This document shows, piece by piece, positions 12,264 to 21,147 of a stretch of DNA of 64,000 nucleotides. The translations under genes and the position numbers were made by a program. Origin of the DNA: an uncultured Methanosarcinales archaeon. GTDB taxonomy: Archaea > Nanobdellota > Nanobdellia > Woesearchaeales > GW2011-AR4. The stretch spans positions 354 to 64,353 of the forward strand of contig CAZYSP010000004.1 in assembly GCA_964650285.1 (NCBI GenBank). Direction: 5' to 3'. The notes beneath the pieces are model-generated. The model made no database searches and was not told the origin of the DNA. It was given only the letters and a program-made list of their open reading frames with translations. Every line of letters begins with the position of its first letter. The stretch's first letter is position 1.

Positions 12264-13427
12264 TTAAGTAGTATAAGCCGCATTGATTTTAACATAGTCA
12301 TAACTCATATCACAACCATAAGCAATAGCATTTTCTTTGCCTTGATTTAAATCAATTATAATTTTCAAATTATCTTTGCCCATTATTTTATTTATTTTTT
12401 CAATATTAAAATTGGTCATAGTTCCATTATTGACTATTTTTTCATTATCAAAAAAAATATTAACCTTATTCTCCTTAAAATTAGTATCTGAATTTCCCAT
12501 TGCACACATTATCCTTCCCCAGTTTGGATCATTACCAAATACAGCGCATTTGACAAGATTTGAACTAATAACAGATTTGGCAAGTTTTTCTGCATCTGCT
12601 TTTGTAGTTGCATTTTTTACCTCAACTTCAACAAGCTTTGTAGCTCCTTCCCCATCTTTTGCTATTTTTCTTGCCAGCTCTATGCAGACATAATCAAGAG
12701 CATTTTGAAATTTCTGTTCATCAACTTCTCCAGCCAAACCATTTGCCATTACAACTACCATATCACTCGTACTTGTGTCCATATCAACACTTACCATGTT
12801 AAATGATTTATTGACTGAATTTTTCAAATAAGAACTGAGATTTTTTGACGGAATCTTTGCATCTGTTGTTATAAAACACAGCATTGTAGCCATGTTAGGA
12901 TGTATCATTCCAGAGCCTTTTGCTATAGCGCCTATTGTAAAATTATCAGCCTTAACTGCAATTTCCTTTTCAACTGTATCTGTAGTCATTATTGCTGTAG
13001 CAGCATTTGGATTAATGCATAATTCACTTTTTATTCCTCTAATTCCATTCTTTATTTTGTCCATGGGCAAAAAAGCTCCTATCAGTCCTGTTGAGGCTAC
13101 AAGTACATTGTTAGCATTAATTCCAAGTTCTTTGCCTGCACTTTTTGCTGTATCTTCAGCATCCTTTATTCCTTTCTTTCCTGTGCATACATTTGCAACA
13201 CCACTATTGATAACTACTGCTTGCGCTCTCCCATCCTCAAGATGCTTTTTTGTTACAATAAGAGGAGCACCTTTTACTTCATTTGATGTATAAACAGCAG
13301 CTGCATCTGCCACAACCTCGGAAAAAATAACTGCAAAATCTAATTTTCCAGATTTCTTAATCCCCGAAGATTTTCCAAGAGCCTTGAAACCTTTAGGTGC
13401 GCAAACATTGTTTTTTAGAAATTTCAT
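12264..13427 (-). CDS. argJ: Ornithine acetyltransferase / glutamate N-acetyltransferase
   Basis: AIMTTD, KGSGMIHPNMATML (autoprocessing Thr), DGEGATK, DPNWGR. Confidence 0.97.
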   Translation of the reverse strand: MKFLKNNVCAPKGFKALGKSSGIKKSGKLDFAVIFSEVVADAAAVYTSNEVKGAPLIVTKKHLEDGRAQAVVINSGVANVCTGKKGIKDAEDTAKSAGKELGINANNVLVASTGLIGAFLPMDKIKNGIRGIKSELCINPNAATAIMTTDTVEKEIAVKADNFTIGAIAKGSGMIHPNMATMLCFITTDAKIPSKNLSSYLKNSVNKSFNMVSVDMDTSTSDMVVVMANGLAGEVDEQKFQNALDYVCIELARKIAKDGEGATKLVEVEVKNATTKADAEKLAKSVISSNLVKCAVFGNDPNWGRIMCAMGNSDTNFKENKVNIFFDNEKIVNNGTMTNFNIEKINKIMGKDNLKIIIDLNQGKENAIAYGCDMSYDYVKINAAYTT

Positions 13428-13434
13428 TTTTCCT

Positions 13435-14613
13435 CTAGAATTTCCTGCTTACTTTCTTATAAGCTTCCCTAAAAGGAATTCCTTTTTTTACAAGCTTGTA
13501 AGCTTCTTCTGTAGCGTAAAGCTGTTTAGTTAAGGCTTCTTTGCACTTTTTTTCATCAATTTTTATTTTTGGCACTACAAGAACTATCATCTTAATGCAG
13601 CTTTTCACTGTGTCCACTGATTTAATGACAGGCTCTTTTGTGAGCTGCAGATCGCGATTGTAACCAGAGATCAAGTTGCTTATCATGCTTTTGACCTTGA
13701 ATTCTTCCCCTAAAACAACATGATATTTTGCCCTTACTAACTCTAATACATCAGGATTTTTCTTCTGCGGCATAATAGAGCTTCCTGTGCAGAACTCCTT
13801 TGGCAGCGATATAAAGCCAAATTCCTGCATGTTAAACAGCATTAAATCAGTTGCTAATTTGTTTAAATCAAGCATAATCTGGCTCAATAAATGCAAGATT
13901 GTTGCCTCAAACTTACCACGGCTCAACTGCGCATACATTGGATTGATCATTACTTTTGAGAAACCCATCAGGGAAGCAGTCATTTTTTTGTCTATCTTAA
14001 TTAAAGGCACTCCAAAACTAGCAGCACTGCCCAAGGGAGATTTATCTATAATTGAATAAACTGCATCTAATAATTTTAGATCATCCTCTAATGAGGAAAC
14101 AAAGGATCCAAGCCAGGTTTTTATGTCTGTGGGCATGGCTTTCTGCATATGCGTATATCCTGGAATCTTTATCTTTCCATATTTTTTTATTATTGCCACC
14201 AATGAACCTTTATACTGGCTCAATAGCGCTTTAATTTTCTTCAATTCCTCTTTCTCATACAAGCGTAAAGCAGTTAATACCTGATCATTCCTTGAACGGG
14301 CAGTATGTATCTTTTTTCCTGCAGCTCCATATTTTTTCGTAAGGTATTTCTCAATTGCTGTATGGCAGTCTTCATCCTCTTGATTAATTTTGAATTTGCC
14401 TTTCTGGTCGAGTTTTATGATTTCATTTAAACCCTTGATTATTTTATTAAGCTCGCTAGCGTTCAATATTCCGGTCTTCTTTAGCATCTTCGCATGCGCA
14501 ATTGACGCTATGCAATCGTATTTTACCAGTTTTTTATCTAACAAATAATCATTGCCCACTGTAAATTTTTCAATTTCCTTATTTAAGTCATAATCTTTTT
14601 TCCAGAGTTTCAT
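13435..14613 (-). CDS. argH: Argininosuccinate lyase (short, 392 aa)
   Basis: HTARSRNDQ, PGYTHMQ, GSSIMPQKKNPD, GYNRDLQ. Confidence 0.96.
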   Translation of the reverse strand: MKLWKKDYDLNKEIEKFTVGNDYLLDKKLVKYDCIASIAHAKMLKKTGILNASELNKIIKGLNEIIKLDQKGKFKINQEDEDCHTAIEKYLTKKYGAAGKKIHTARSRNDQVLTALRLYEKEELKKIKALLSQYKGSLVAIIKKYGKIKIPGYTHMQKAMPTDIKTWLGSFVSSLEDDLKLLDAVYSIIDKSPLGSAASFGVPLIKIDKKMTASLMGFSKVMINPMYAQLSRGKFEATILHLLSQIMLDLNKLATDLMLFNMQEFGFISLPKEFCTGSSIMPQKKNPDVLELVRAKYHVVLGEEFKVKSMISNLISGYNRDLQLTKEPVIKSVDTVKSCIKMIVLVVPKIKIDEKKCKEALTKQLYATEEAYKLVKKGIPFREAYKKVSRKF

Positions 14614-15530
14614 TTTCCTAACAACTTCAATATTATTGCTTTCTGCATGTGCAGCTTGTTTTCTGCCTGATCAAAGACAATGCTTTGTTTGCCGTCAATT
14701 ACCTCTACAGTCTGCTCATAACCGCGCATAGCAGGCAGACAATTCATAAAAACAGCATCATTTTTTGCATTTGCCATTAATTCCTTATTTACCTGGTAAG
14801 GTTTGAATACCTTTACTCTTTCATCTTTCTGCTCTTTTGGGATATGATAACTCATCCACGAATCTGTATATACCATATCTGCATTAAGAGCAGCTTTTTT
14901 TGCATCATTTAATATTTCAACTTTACATCCAGATTTTTTTGAATTTTTTTCTGCAATTTTTACAATCCATGCTTGTGGTATATGTCCTTTAGGACAGCCC
15001 ACTGAAATATCCATGCCAACTGCTGAGCAACCCAAAAGCAATGAATGAGCTATATTGTTGTTACCGTCTCCAACAAAACAGAGTTTTAAACCACTAAGCT
15101 TCTTTTTTTTCTCATAAATTGTAAGCAAATCAGACAAAATCTGGCATGGATGGAATATATCTGTTAAGCCATTAATTACAGGAACTGTTGCATTATTTGC
15201 CAGCTCTTCTATATCTTCCTGTTTAAACAATCTTGCCATAATTATATCGCAATATCTGCTGGATGCCTTTGCTGTATCTGCTATTGATTCTTTTTCTCCT
15301 AATGGAGTATCTTTTGTTTCCATGAAAATTGCATGATTGCCTAACTGTGTCATCCCAACCTCAAAAGAAACCCTTGTCCTTAATGACGGTTTTTCAAATA
15401 TCATAAGCATTGTTTTGTTCTTTAAACTATCAGAATAATTTTCAGGATTCTTTTTTATTTTAGCTGCACAGCTAATTAAATCCAAAATACTTTCACTATT
15501 CCAGTCAATTAATGAAATTAAATGCATCAT
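14610..15530 (-). CDS. argF: Ornithine carbamoyltransferase
   Basis: FEKPSLRT, HPCQ, GDGNN, NCLP; located in the arg operon. Confidence 0.93.
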   Translation of the reverse strand: MMHLISLIDWNSESILDLISCAAKIKKNPENYSDSLKNKTMLMIFEKPSLRTRVSFEVGMTQLGNHAIFMETKDTPLGEKESIADTAKASSRYCDIIMARLFKQEDIEELANNATVPVINGLTDIFHPCQILSDLLTIYEKKKKLSGLKLCFVGDGNNNIAHSLLLGCSAVGMDISVGCPKGHIPQAWIVKIAEKNSKKSGCKVEILNDAKKAALNADMVYTDSWMSYHIPKEQKDERVKVFKPYQVNKELMANAKNDAVFMNCLPAMRGYEQTVEVIDGKQSIVFDQAENKLHMQKAIILKLLGK

Positions 15531-16705
15531 TTTTTTGATTTCTTTGCCGCTATTTTCTGCTGCAAACCATAAAACTTAATGAATGCTTCTGCTTCTTTGC
15601 CTTTCCATGCACCACATTGGGCATAGCTGCCAACTTTCTCATCTATTAACGAGTTTTTTGTTTTAATTTCAGATAAAAAAGCATTTTTATTACCTACTTT
15701 TATCTTTACTTTCCCGGATACAACTTTCTGATTTGCATCGTTAAATGCCTGGATATCTTTAATTAAAGGTTCGTAAAGCAATCCATTATAAGCAAGATCA
15801 GCCCATTCAATTTCAAGTACACCTTTTATTTTCTGCTGTTTTTTAGTAAGCACTGCTTTTTCCAGAGCTTTATGGGCATCAATCAACAGCATCAGACCTG
15901 GAGCCTCAAATGCCTGAATGCCTTTAATTCCTATTGTTTCATCTTCATAATAAATACCGCGGCCATATCCATGAGCTCCTGCTATCTTATTTAACTCAAT
16001 TAAAATATCTGAGCCATGCATCTTTTTGCCATTTAAAGCTGCAGGAGTTCCTTCTTGGAATTCAATTTCCATATACTCTGGATTTTTCTTTGTTACCTTT
16101 GTAATTTGCCACGCATCTTCTTTTGGCTCTTTTCCTTTATCGATTTCACTTCCGGATATTGTAACTCCGAAAATATTCGTGTTAATGGTGTATTTCTTTG
16201 CTTTCTTATCAACATTGAATCCCTTATCTTCCAGGTACTTTATTTCTTCAGGCCTTGTTATCATCAACTCTCTTATCGGAGCTATTATTTTAAGCTTAGA
16301 ATTTAACGTGTTTATTGTAACATCAATCCTAACCTGGTCGTTGCCTGCTCCAGTACATCCATGTGCAACAAGTTTGGTATTTTCCTTTTTTGCTATTTTT
16401 ATAAGATATTTTGCAATCGTGTAACGGTCAGCACACATATTTGGATAAATTCCCTGGTACAATGCATTGGCCTTGATTAAATTAGATATAATCTCATCAA
16501 AAATTTCCTTCTTAGCATTAATACTAATGTGTTTTATAGCTCCAAGTTCTTTGCTTTTTGCTTCAATCTCCTTTAGCTCTTTGCTACTCAAGCCGCCAGT
16601 ATCAATTGTAGCTGTTACTACATCAAAGCCCTTTTCCTTTAAGTAAAGGACACAAAAACTTGTATCAAGGCCTCCTGAAAACGCCAAAATAACTTTTTGT
16701 TTCAT
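15527..16705 (-). CDS. argG: Argininosuccinate synthase
   Basis: AFSGGLDTS, HGCTGAGNDQ, EAPG. Confidence 0.96.
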   Translation of the reverse strand: MKQKVILAFSGGLDTSFCVLYLKEKGFDVVTATIDTGGLSSKELKEIEAKSKELGAIKHISINAKKEIFDEIISNLIKANALYQGIYPNMCADRYTIAKYLIKIAKKENTKLVAHGCTGAGNDQVRIDVTINTLNSKLKIIAPIRELMITRPEEIKYLEDKGFNVDKKAKKYTINTNIFGVTISGSEIDKGKEPKEDAWQITKVTKKNPEYMEIEFQEGTPAALNGKKMHGSDILIELNKIAGAHGYGRGIYYEDETIGIKGIQAFEAPGLMLLIDAHKALEKAVLTKKQQKIKGVLEIEWADLAYNGLLYEPLIKDIQAFNDANQKVVSGKVKIKVGNKNAFLSEIKTKNSLIDEKVGSYAQCGAWKGKEAEAFIKFYGLQQKIAAKKSKK

Positions 16706-16750
16706 AGGTCAGCTATAACAAGCCTTACTTTTTAAACCTGATGCCCTGTT

Positions 16751-16811
16751 TTAGACAAATTAGACAAAAATGTCTAATATTGGACATTAAAGGCAGAGGG
16801 ACGAATGTCCC
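16751..16811. promoter_or_regulatory. Cluster of GACA/TGTC half-site palindromes upstream of the arg operon promoter
   Basis: TTAGACA-AAAA-TGTCTAA (16760-16777), AATGTCTAATATTGGACATT (16769-16788), GGGAC-GAAT-GTCCC (16798-16811). Confidence 0.6.
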
Positions 16812-17113
16812 ATACAAAACCATATGTTTAATTTCTATTAAATATGTCCGAAACAAAACATTTAAATATAAGTTCTAAACAAATTACTATTGAGCGATAT
16901 ATCTTTTTGAATAGAGTACCGCAAAGACCAAGATATATACGCTCCATTTAAAAAATCTGGAGCCGCAAAACGCAGCTTCCAGTTTATATTACTCATGCAA
17001 AAGGATCTTTCAGAGTGGATTGATGTAAGCAGAGTAGAAATTGATCACAAAATAGTAAAAGAAATCAACAAATCAATTACTCTGGAATAAAATTTCAGTT
17101 GGGGGTTATATAA

Positions 17114-17746
17114 TTGGTTAACATAACAAAACTTACAGAGAGCTATATAGCAGAGCATCCTTTTGTAAAAGATTGCCTGAAAAAGGGCCTTATTAATTAT
17201 TCTTCTCTAACCAGGCAGATATGCCTTGATTTAAAACTGTCTAAAAAAAATTTTGATGCTGTTTTAATTGCATGCCGTCGTTTTTATAGAAAAATAAAAA
17301 CAGAAGCTACAATAGAAAAGAAAATTCTTAATATTCTGAAGAACAGCAAAATAGAAGTTAAAAATAAAATTAACGCTATAGTTTTGGAAAAGGACATTGT
17401 TTTTTCTAATTTGCTTGACATAGAAAAAGAGGCAAAAAAAATTCTGGAAACCTTCCATATTATTGAAGGCGCAACTGCAATAACAGTTATAACTTCCAAT
17501 GAACTTGCTAAAAAGGTAAAACAGGTTTTTAGGAATAAAATTATTAAAGAAAACACTAATTTGGTAGAGGTAATATTAAAAAGCCCAAAACAAATAGAAA
17601 CAACAGCAGGAATTGTTTCCTATATATATTCTTTGTTGGGAGAAAATGGCATAAATATAATCGAAACTTTAAGCTGCTGGACTGATACAATATTTCTAGT
17701 TGAAGAAAAAGACTTAAGCAGGATTATGGAGTTTTTAAGATTTTGA
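17114..17746 (+). CDS. ACT-domain protein with N-terminal helical/HTH-like region; candidate arginine regulator
   Basis: GLINYSSLTR N-terminus; C-terminal ACT-like TAGIVSYIYSLLGENGINIIETLSCWTD; divergent from argG. Confidence 0.75.
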   Translation: MVNITKLTESYIAEHPFVKDCLKKGLINYSSLTRQICLDLKLSKKNFDAVLIACRRFYRKIKTEATIEKKILNILKNSKIEVKNKINAIVLEKDIVFSNLLDIEKEAKKILETFHIIEGATAITVITSNELAKKVKQVFRNKIIKENTNLVEVILKSPKQIETTAGIVSYIYSLLGENGINIIETLSCWTDTIFLVEEKDLSRIMEFLRF

Positions 17747-17750
17747 TTAA

Positions 17751-18353
17751 TTACCCGACAAATCCCTTATCCTCCAGATAATGCCCTAATTTTTCTTTTT
17801 TCGCCTGAAGATAATCTTTATTTTTTGTATGAGGTTTTATTATTAATGGAACCCTTTCAACAATTTCAATTCCATATTTCTCTAAACCTTCTATTTTTTT
17901 TGGGTTATTAGTCATCAACCTCATTTTTTTCACCCCCAAGTCAGCTAGAATTTGAACTCCAATTGTATAATCTCTTTCATCTGCTTCAAATCCAAGTTTT
18001 TCATTTGCTTCAACAGTATCCATTCCTTCATCCTGCAAGCTATAGGCTTTAATTTTATTCAATAATCCAATTCCTCTACCTTCTTGTCTAAGATGAAGAA
18101 GAACTCCACCCTCTTTACCAATCATCCTCAAAGCCTTATCTAACTGCCCATTACAATCACATCTTAAAGAATGAAAAACATTGCCAGTAAGACATTCTGA
18201 ATGAACTCTTACCAAAACATCTTTATTGTTAATTTCTCCTTTAACCAATGCAATATGGTTTAATCCTTCATTGTCTTCATAAACAATTGCAGTAAAATCA
18301 CCATACTCAGTTGGTAATTTCGAGGATTCCTTCCTTCTTATTTTTGCATCCAT
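17751..18353 (-). CDS. ribA: GTP cyclohydrolase II
   Basis: RVHSECLTG...[20 protein letters not shown]. Confidence 0.97.
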   Translation of the reverse strand: MDAKIRRKESSKLPTEYGDFTAIVYEDNEGLNHIALVKGEINNKDVLVRVHSECLTGNVFHSLRCDCNGQLDKALRMIGKEGGVLLHLRQEGRGIGLLNKIKAYSLQDEGMDTVEANEKLGFEADERDYTIGVQILADLGVKKMRLMTNNPKKIEGLEKYGIEIVERVPLIIKPHTKNKDYLQAKKEKLGHYLEDKGFVG

Positions 18354-18433
18354 CTTATGTCGCAAATCAAACCGGTTATTTAAACATTATTATAACATTA
18401 TAGATCTGTGTATACAAAATCAATAGAAACAGC

Positions 18434-18619
18434 TTACTCTTTATCTTCCTCTTCGTCTTCTTCCTTTTTTTCTTTCTTTTCTTCGTCAGCTTCGTCGTAG
18501 CCTTTCATAAACCCTGCTTCCTCAGGGCTTATCTCTCCTCCGTCCACTAGCTCTTCTCTGCCTTCCTCATCGTATACTGTCTCTTCCTCTTTTTCCTCAC
18601 TTTGTTCTTCTTCAGGCAT
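18434..18619 (-). CDS. Small highly acidic protein
   Basis: 61 aa, Glu/Asp-rich with an ordered core (YDEEGREELVDGGEISPEEAGFMKGY); TATA-like element upstream. Confidence 0.7.
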   Translation of the reverse strand: MPEEEQSEEKEEETVYDEEGREELVDGGEISPEEAGFMKGYDEADEEKKEKKEEDEEEDKE

Positions 18620-18758
18620 TTTTAAACCAAATCCAAAATTTAAGAACTAGTTTAAAAAGTTTTCTATACACCATCCCGAATTTTAGTATATTGCCACTAT
18701 CCTTAAATTAAAACAAACAAATTTAAATAAACCCCTATTTTTCCATTTTCAGAGTTTT

Positions 18759-19832
18759 ATGATTTCACATAAAAAGTATATTGATATTGCTATAAAGCTG
18801 GCTGAGAAAGGCAGAGGCTATGTAAGTCCGAACCCTCTTGTTGGATGTATAATTGTTAAGAGGGGCAAGATTGTAGGCCGTGGTTATCATAAAAAATACG
18901 GGGAAGAGCATGCAGAAATAAATGCTTTAAAAGCAGCTGGAAAAAAGGCAAATAACGCAACCATGTACGTTAACATTGAGCCTTGTTCTCACTGGGGAAA
19001 AACCAGCCCATGCACAGAAAAAATTGTTGAAGCTGGCATCAGGGAAGTTATTGTGGGAGTAGAAGACCCCAACCCCTTAGTGGATGGGTATAAAGAATTA
19101 AAATTCCGTGGCCTAAAAACAAGAATAGGCATTTTAAGGGACAAAGCAAAAAAACTAAATGAAGCTTATATAAAGTATACAAAGACAAAAAAGCCTTTTG
19201 TAATCCTGAAATTGGCTATGAGCCTTGATGGGAAAATAGCAACCTCTAGTGGTGATTCAAAATACATAACATCCAGGGCAGCTAGAAAATATGTGCATCA
19301 GCTAAGAAATGATGTTGATGCTGTTATGGTTGGAATAAATACAATTACAAGAGATAACCCAATGCTGGATTCAAGGCTTGTCAAAGGAAAAAATCCTAAA
19401 AAGATAGTAGTTGACTCAAGCTTAAAAATATCAGAAAGATCAAAAATTCTTAAAGAACCAAGCAAAGTCATAATTGCAACAACAAAAAAAGCACCCAGAA
19501 AAAAGATAGATAAATTACAGCATAAAGGTGCTAGGATAATAATATTAAATCCAAAAAAAGGGCTGGTTGATTTGAAAGAACTGGCAAAAGAGCTCGGAAA
19601 ATCTGAAATAGCATCTGTTATGATAGAAGGAGGCGCAGAATTAAGCGGAAACGCTATAAAAGAAGGAATTGTAGACAAGCTTTTGATATTTACTGCACCA
19701 AAGATAATTGGCAATGGTTTAGGGCCAATAAAAAATCTGGGCATTAAAAAAGTCAACAAAGCCATCAAGCTAAAGAACATTTTAACAAAAAAGATAGGAA
19801 AGGACTTTCTGGTAGAGGGAAATTTAAAATAA
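18759..19832 (+). CDS. ribD: Bifunctional riboflavin deaminase/reductase
   Basis: PNPLVG, HAE, EPCSHWGKTSPC, SLDGKIA, IEGG. Confidence 0.97.
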   Translation: MISHKKYIDIAIKLAEKGRGYVSPNPLVGCIIVKRGKIVGRGYHKKYGEEHAEINALKAAGKKANNATMYVNIEPCSHWGKTSPCTEKIVEAGIREVIVGVEDPNPLVDGYKELKFRGLKTRIGILRDKAKKLNEAYIKYTKTKKPFVILKLAMSLDGKIATSSGDSKYITSRAARKYVHQLRNDVDAVMVGINTITRDNPMLDSRLVKGKNPKKIVVDSSLKISERSKILKEPSKVIIATTKKAPRKKIDKLQHKGARIIILNPKKGLVDLKELAKELGKSEIASVMIEGGAELSGNAIKEGIVDKLLIFTAPKIIGNGLGPIKNLGIKKVNKAIKLKNILTKKIGKDFLVEGNLK

Positions 19833-19856
19833 AAAAAGAGTTTTGTCAAATAAATA

Positions 19857-20008
19857 GAGCCAAGTTATTTCTAATATAGGGGAGGTGGGTGGGAAAAATC
19901 ACCAAATGATATTAATTAAAATGTTGTGTATCATAACCAAATAATATCTACAAAATGATATTAAGATGCAACATTTTGTCTAAAGTCCGCTCTGGCATAG
20001 CTTGGCTT
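19857..20008 (+). ncRNA. Unknown structured RNA/element, copy 1
   Basis: Closing stem GAGCCAAGTTAT/ATAGCTTGGCTT; GGGGAGGTGGGTGGG (19879-19893); N20; AATTAAAATG...CATTTTG; CTAAAGTCCGCTCTGGCA. Confidence 0.7.
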
Positions 20009-20078
20009 AATGTCAAATTAATCGATAAGCTCATAAAAAAAGAAAACTATAAAAACCCCCTATTTAAACTACAAACAG

Positions 20079-20741
20079 ATGGAATTCAGCAAAATAAAAG
20101 ACGTTATTAATGACATTAAAAGAGGAAAGTTTGTCATTGTGGTGGATGATGAAAACAGGGAAAACGAAGGTGACCTAGTTCTTGCCGCTTCAAAGGTAAC
20201 AGCCAATAAGATAAATTACATGATAAAATATGCCCGTGGTTTAGTGTGCATGCCGATTATAAGAGAAAGATTAGAGCAATTGGGTATACCTGCAATGGTA
20301 AATCATAAAGAAATCAATAGATGCATGTTTTCTATACCTATAGATTACAAAAACGGAACAACAACTGGAATTTCCCCAGCTGACAGAGCTGCTACAATAA
20401 GTGCTTTAGTTAATGAAAATACAAAAAATGAAGACTTTGCTAAGCCTGGACATTTATTCCCTATAATATACAAAGACGGTGGTGTTTTAGTAAGAGAGGG
20501 TCATACAGAAGCATCTGTTGATTTAGCTCGTTTAGCAGGATTATATCCTGCAGCTGTAATATGCGAAGTAATAAATGATGATGGAAGCATGGCAAAACTT
20601 CCTGACTTAATTGAATTCTCAAAGAAGCATAACAATATGAAGATTGTTACTATTAAAGATTTGGTTGATTATATAAAAAATAATCCTGATGCTAGTAAGG
20701 CAGAAGAGCAGAGTGTAGTTCTAGATACTGCAAATCAATAA
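20079..20741 (+). CDS. ribB: 3,4-dihydroxy-2-butanone 4-phosphate synthase
   Basis: DDENRENEGD, TTGISPADR, PGHLFP, REGHTEA, CEV...DDGSMA. Confidence 0.97.
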   Translation: MEFSKIKDVINDIKRGKFVIVVDDENRENEGDLVLAASKVTANKINYMIKYARGLVCMPIIRERLEQLGIPAMVNHKEINRCMFSIPIDYKNGTTTGISPADRAATISALVNENTKNEDFAKPGHLFPIIYKDGGVLVREGHTEASVDLARLAGLYPAAVICEVINDDGSMAKLPDLIEFSKKHNNMKIVTIKDLVDYIKNNPDASKAEEQSVVLDTANQ

Positions 20742-20774
20742 GCTTTATAAATCGATATTCTTTACCACTACCTT

Positions 20775-21137
20775 ATGGGAGTTAAATTAATATTATCCAT
20801 TTTATTTGTAATCGGATTATTTTTAATAGTTAGTTGTACTTCTGAACCAAAAGTAGAGCCATCTGTGCCAACAATATACATAGCAGGAGCAGTTGAAGAA
20901 CCTCAAGTAAAAACTTTTGTTGTTGGAGAAGAAAATTCCTTGTCATGGATTGAAGAGACAAAAGAAAAAAGGCACGAATTAAACATGATAAGATATTCTG
21001 AAGAATATGAAGATGAACTTGAAGAATTTGAGCTCAAAAGCAGACTAAAAAACGTAAGAAGATCTGTTGATAATGAATTAATTGTTGGGTTTGATGACGA
21101 GCTCGATAATCCAAGGTGGAAGGAAGTGGGTTCTTGA
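20775..21137 (+). CDS. Hypothetical lipoprotein
   Basis: Hydrophobic N-terminus ending LIVSC (lipobox-like). Confidence 0.6.
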   Translation: MGVKLILSILFVIGLFLIVSCTSEPKVEPSVPTIYIAGAVEEPQVKTFVVGEENSLSWIEETKEKRHELNMIRYSEEYEDELEEFELKSRLKNVRRSVDNELIVGFDDELDNPRWKEVGS

Positions 21138-21147
21138 GTGTATAAAA

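Noticed and set aside
16911-17090. 59-codon open stretch between argG and the ACT gene
   Set aside because: Preceded by an in-frame stop, first ATG gives only 31 aa, and no recognisable homology; possibly a relic.
19979-19997. AAAGUCC as RNase P CR-I, or CUAA as an HDV-ribozyme J4/2
   Set aside because: Wrong position, and the other conserved regions or nested pseudoknot could not be built.
19833-20078. FMN riboswitch between ribD and ribB
   Set aside because: RFN consensus segments (AGGGUGAAAUUCCC, CCGACGGU, GUCUGGAUG) are absent, and the element recurs at non-flavin loci.
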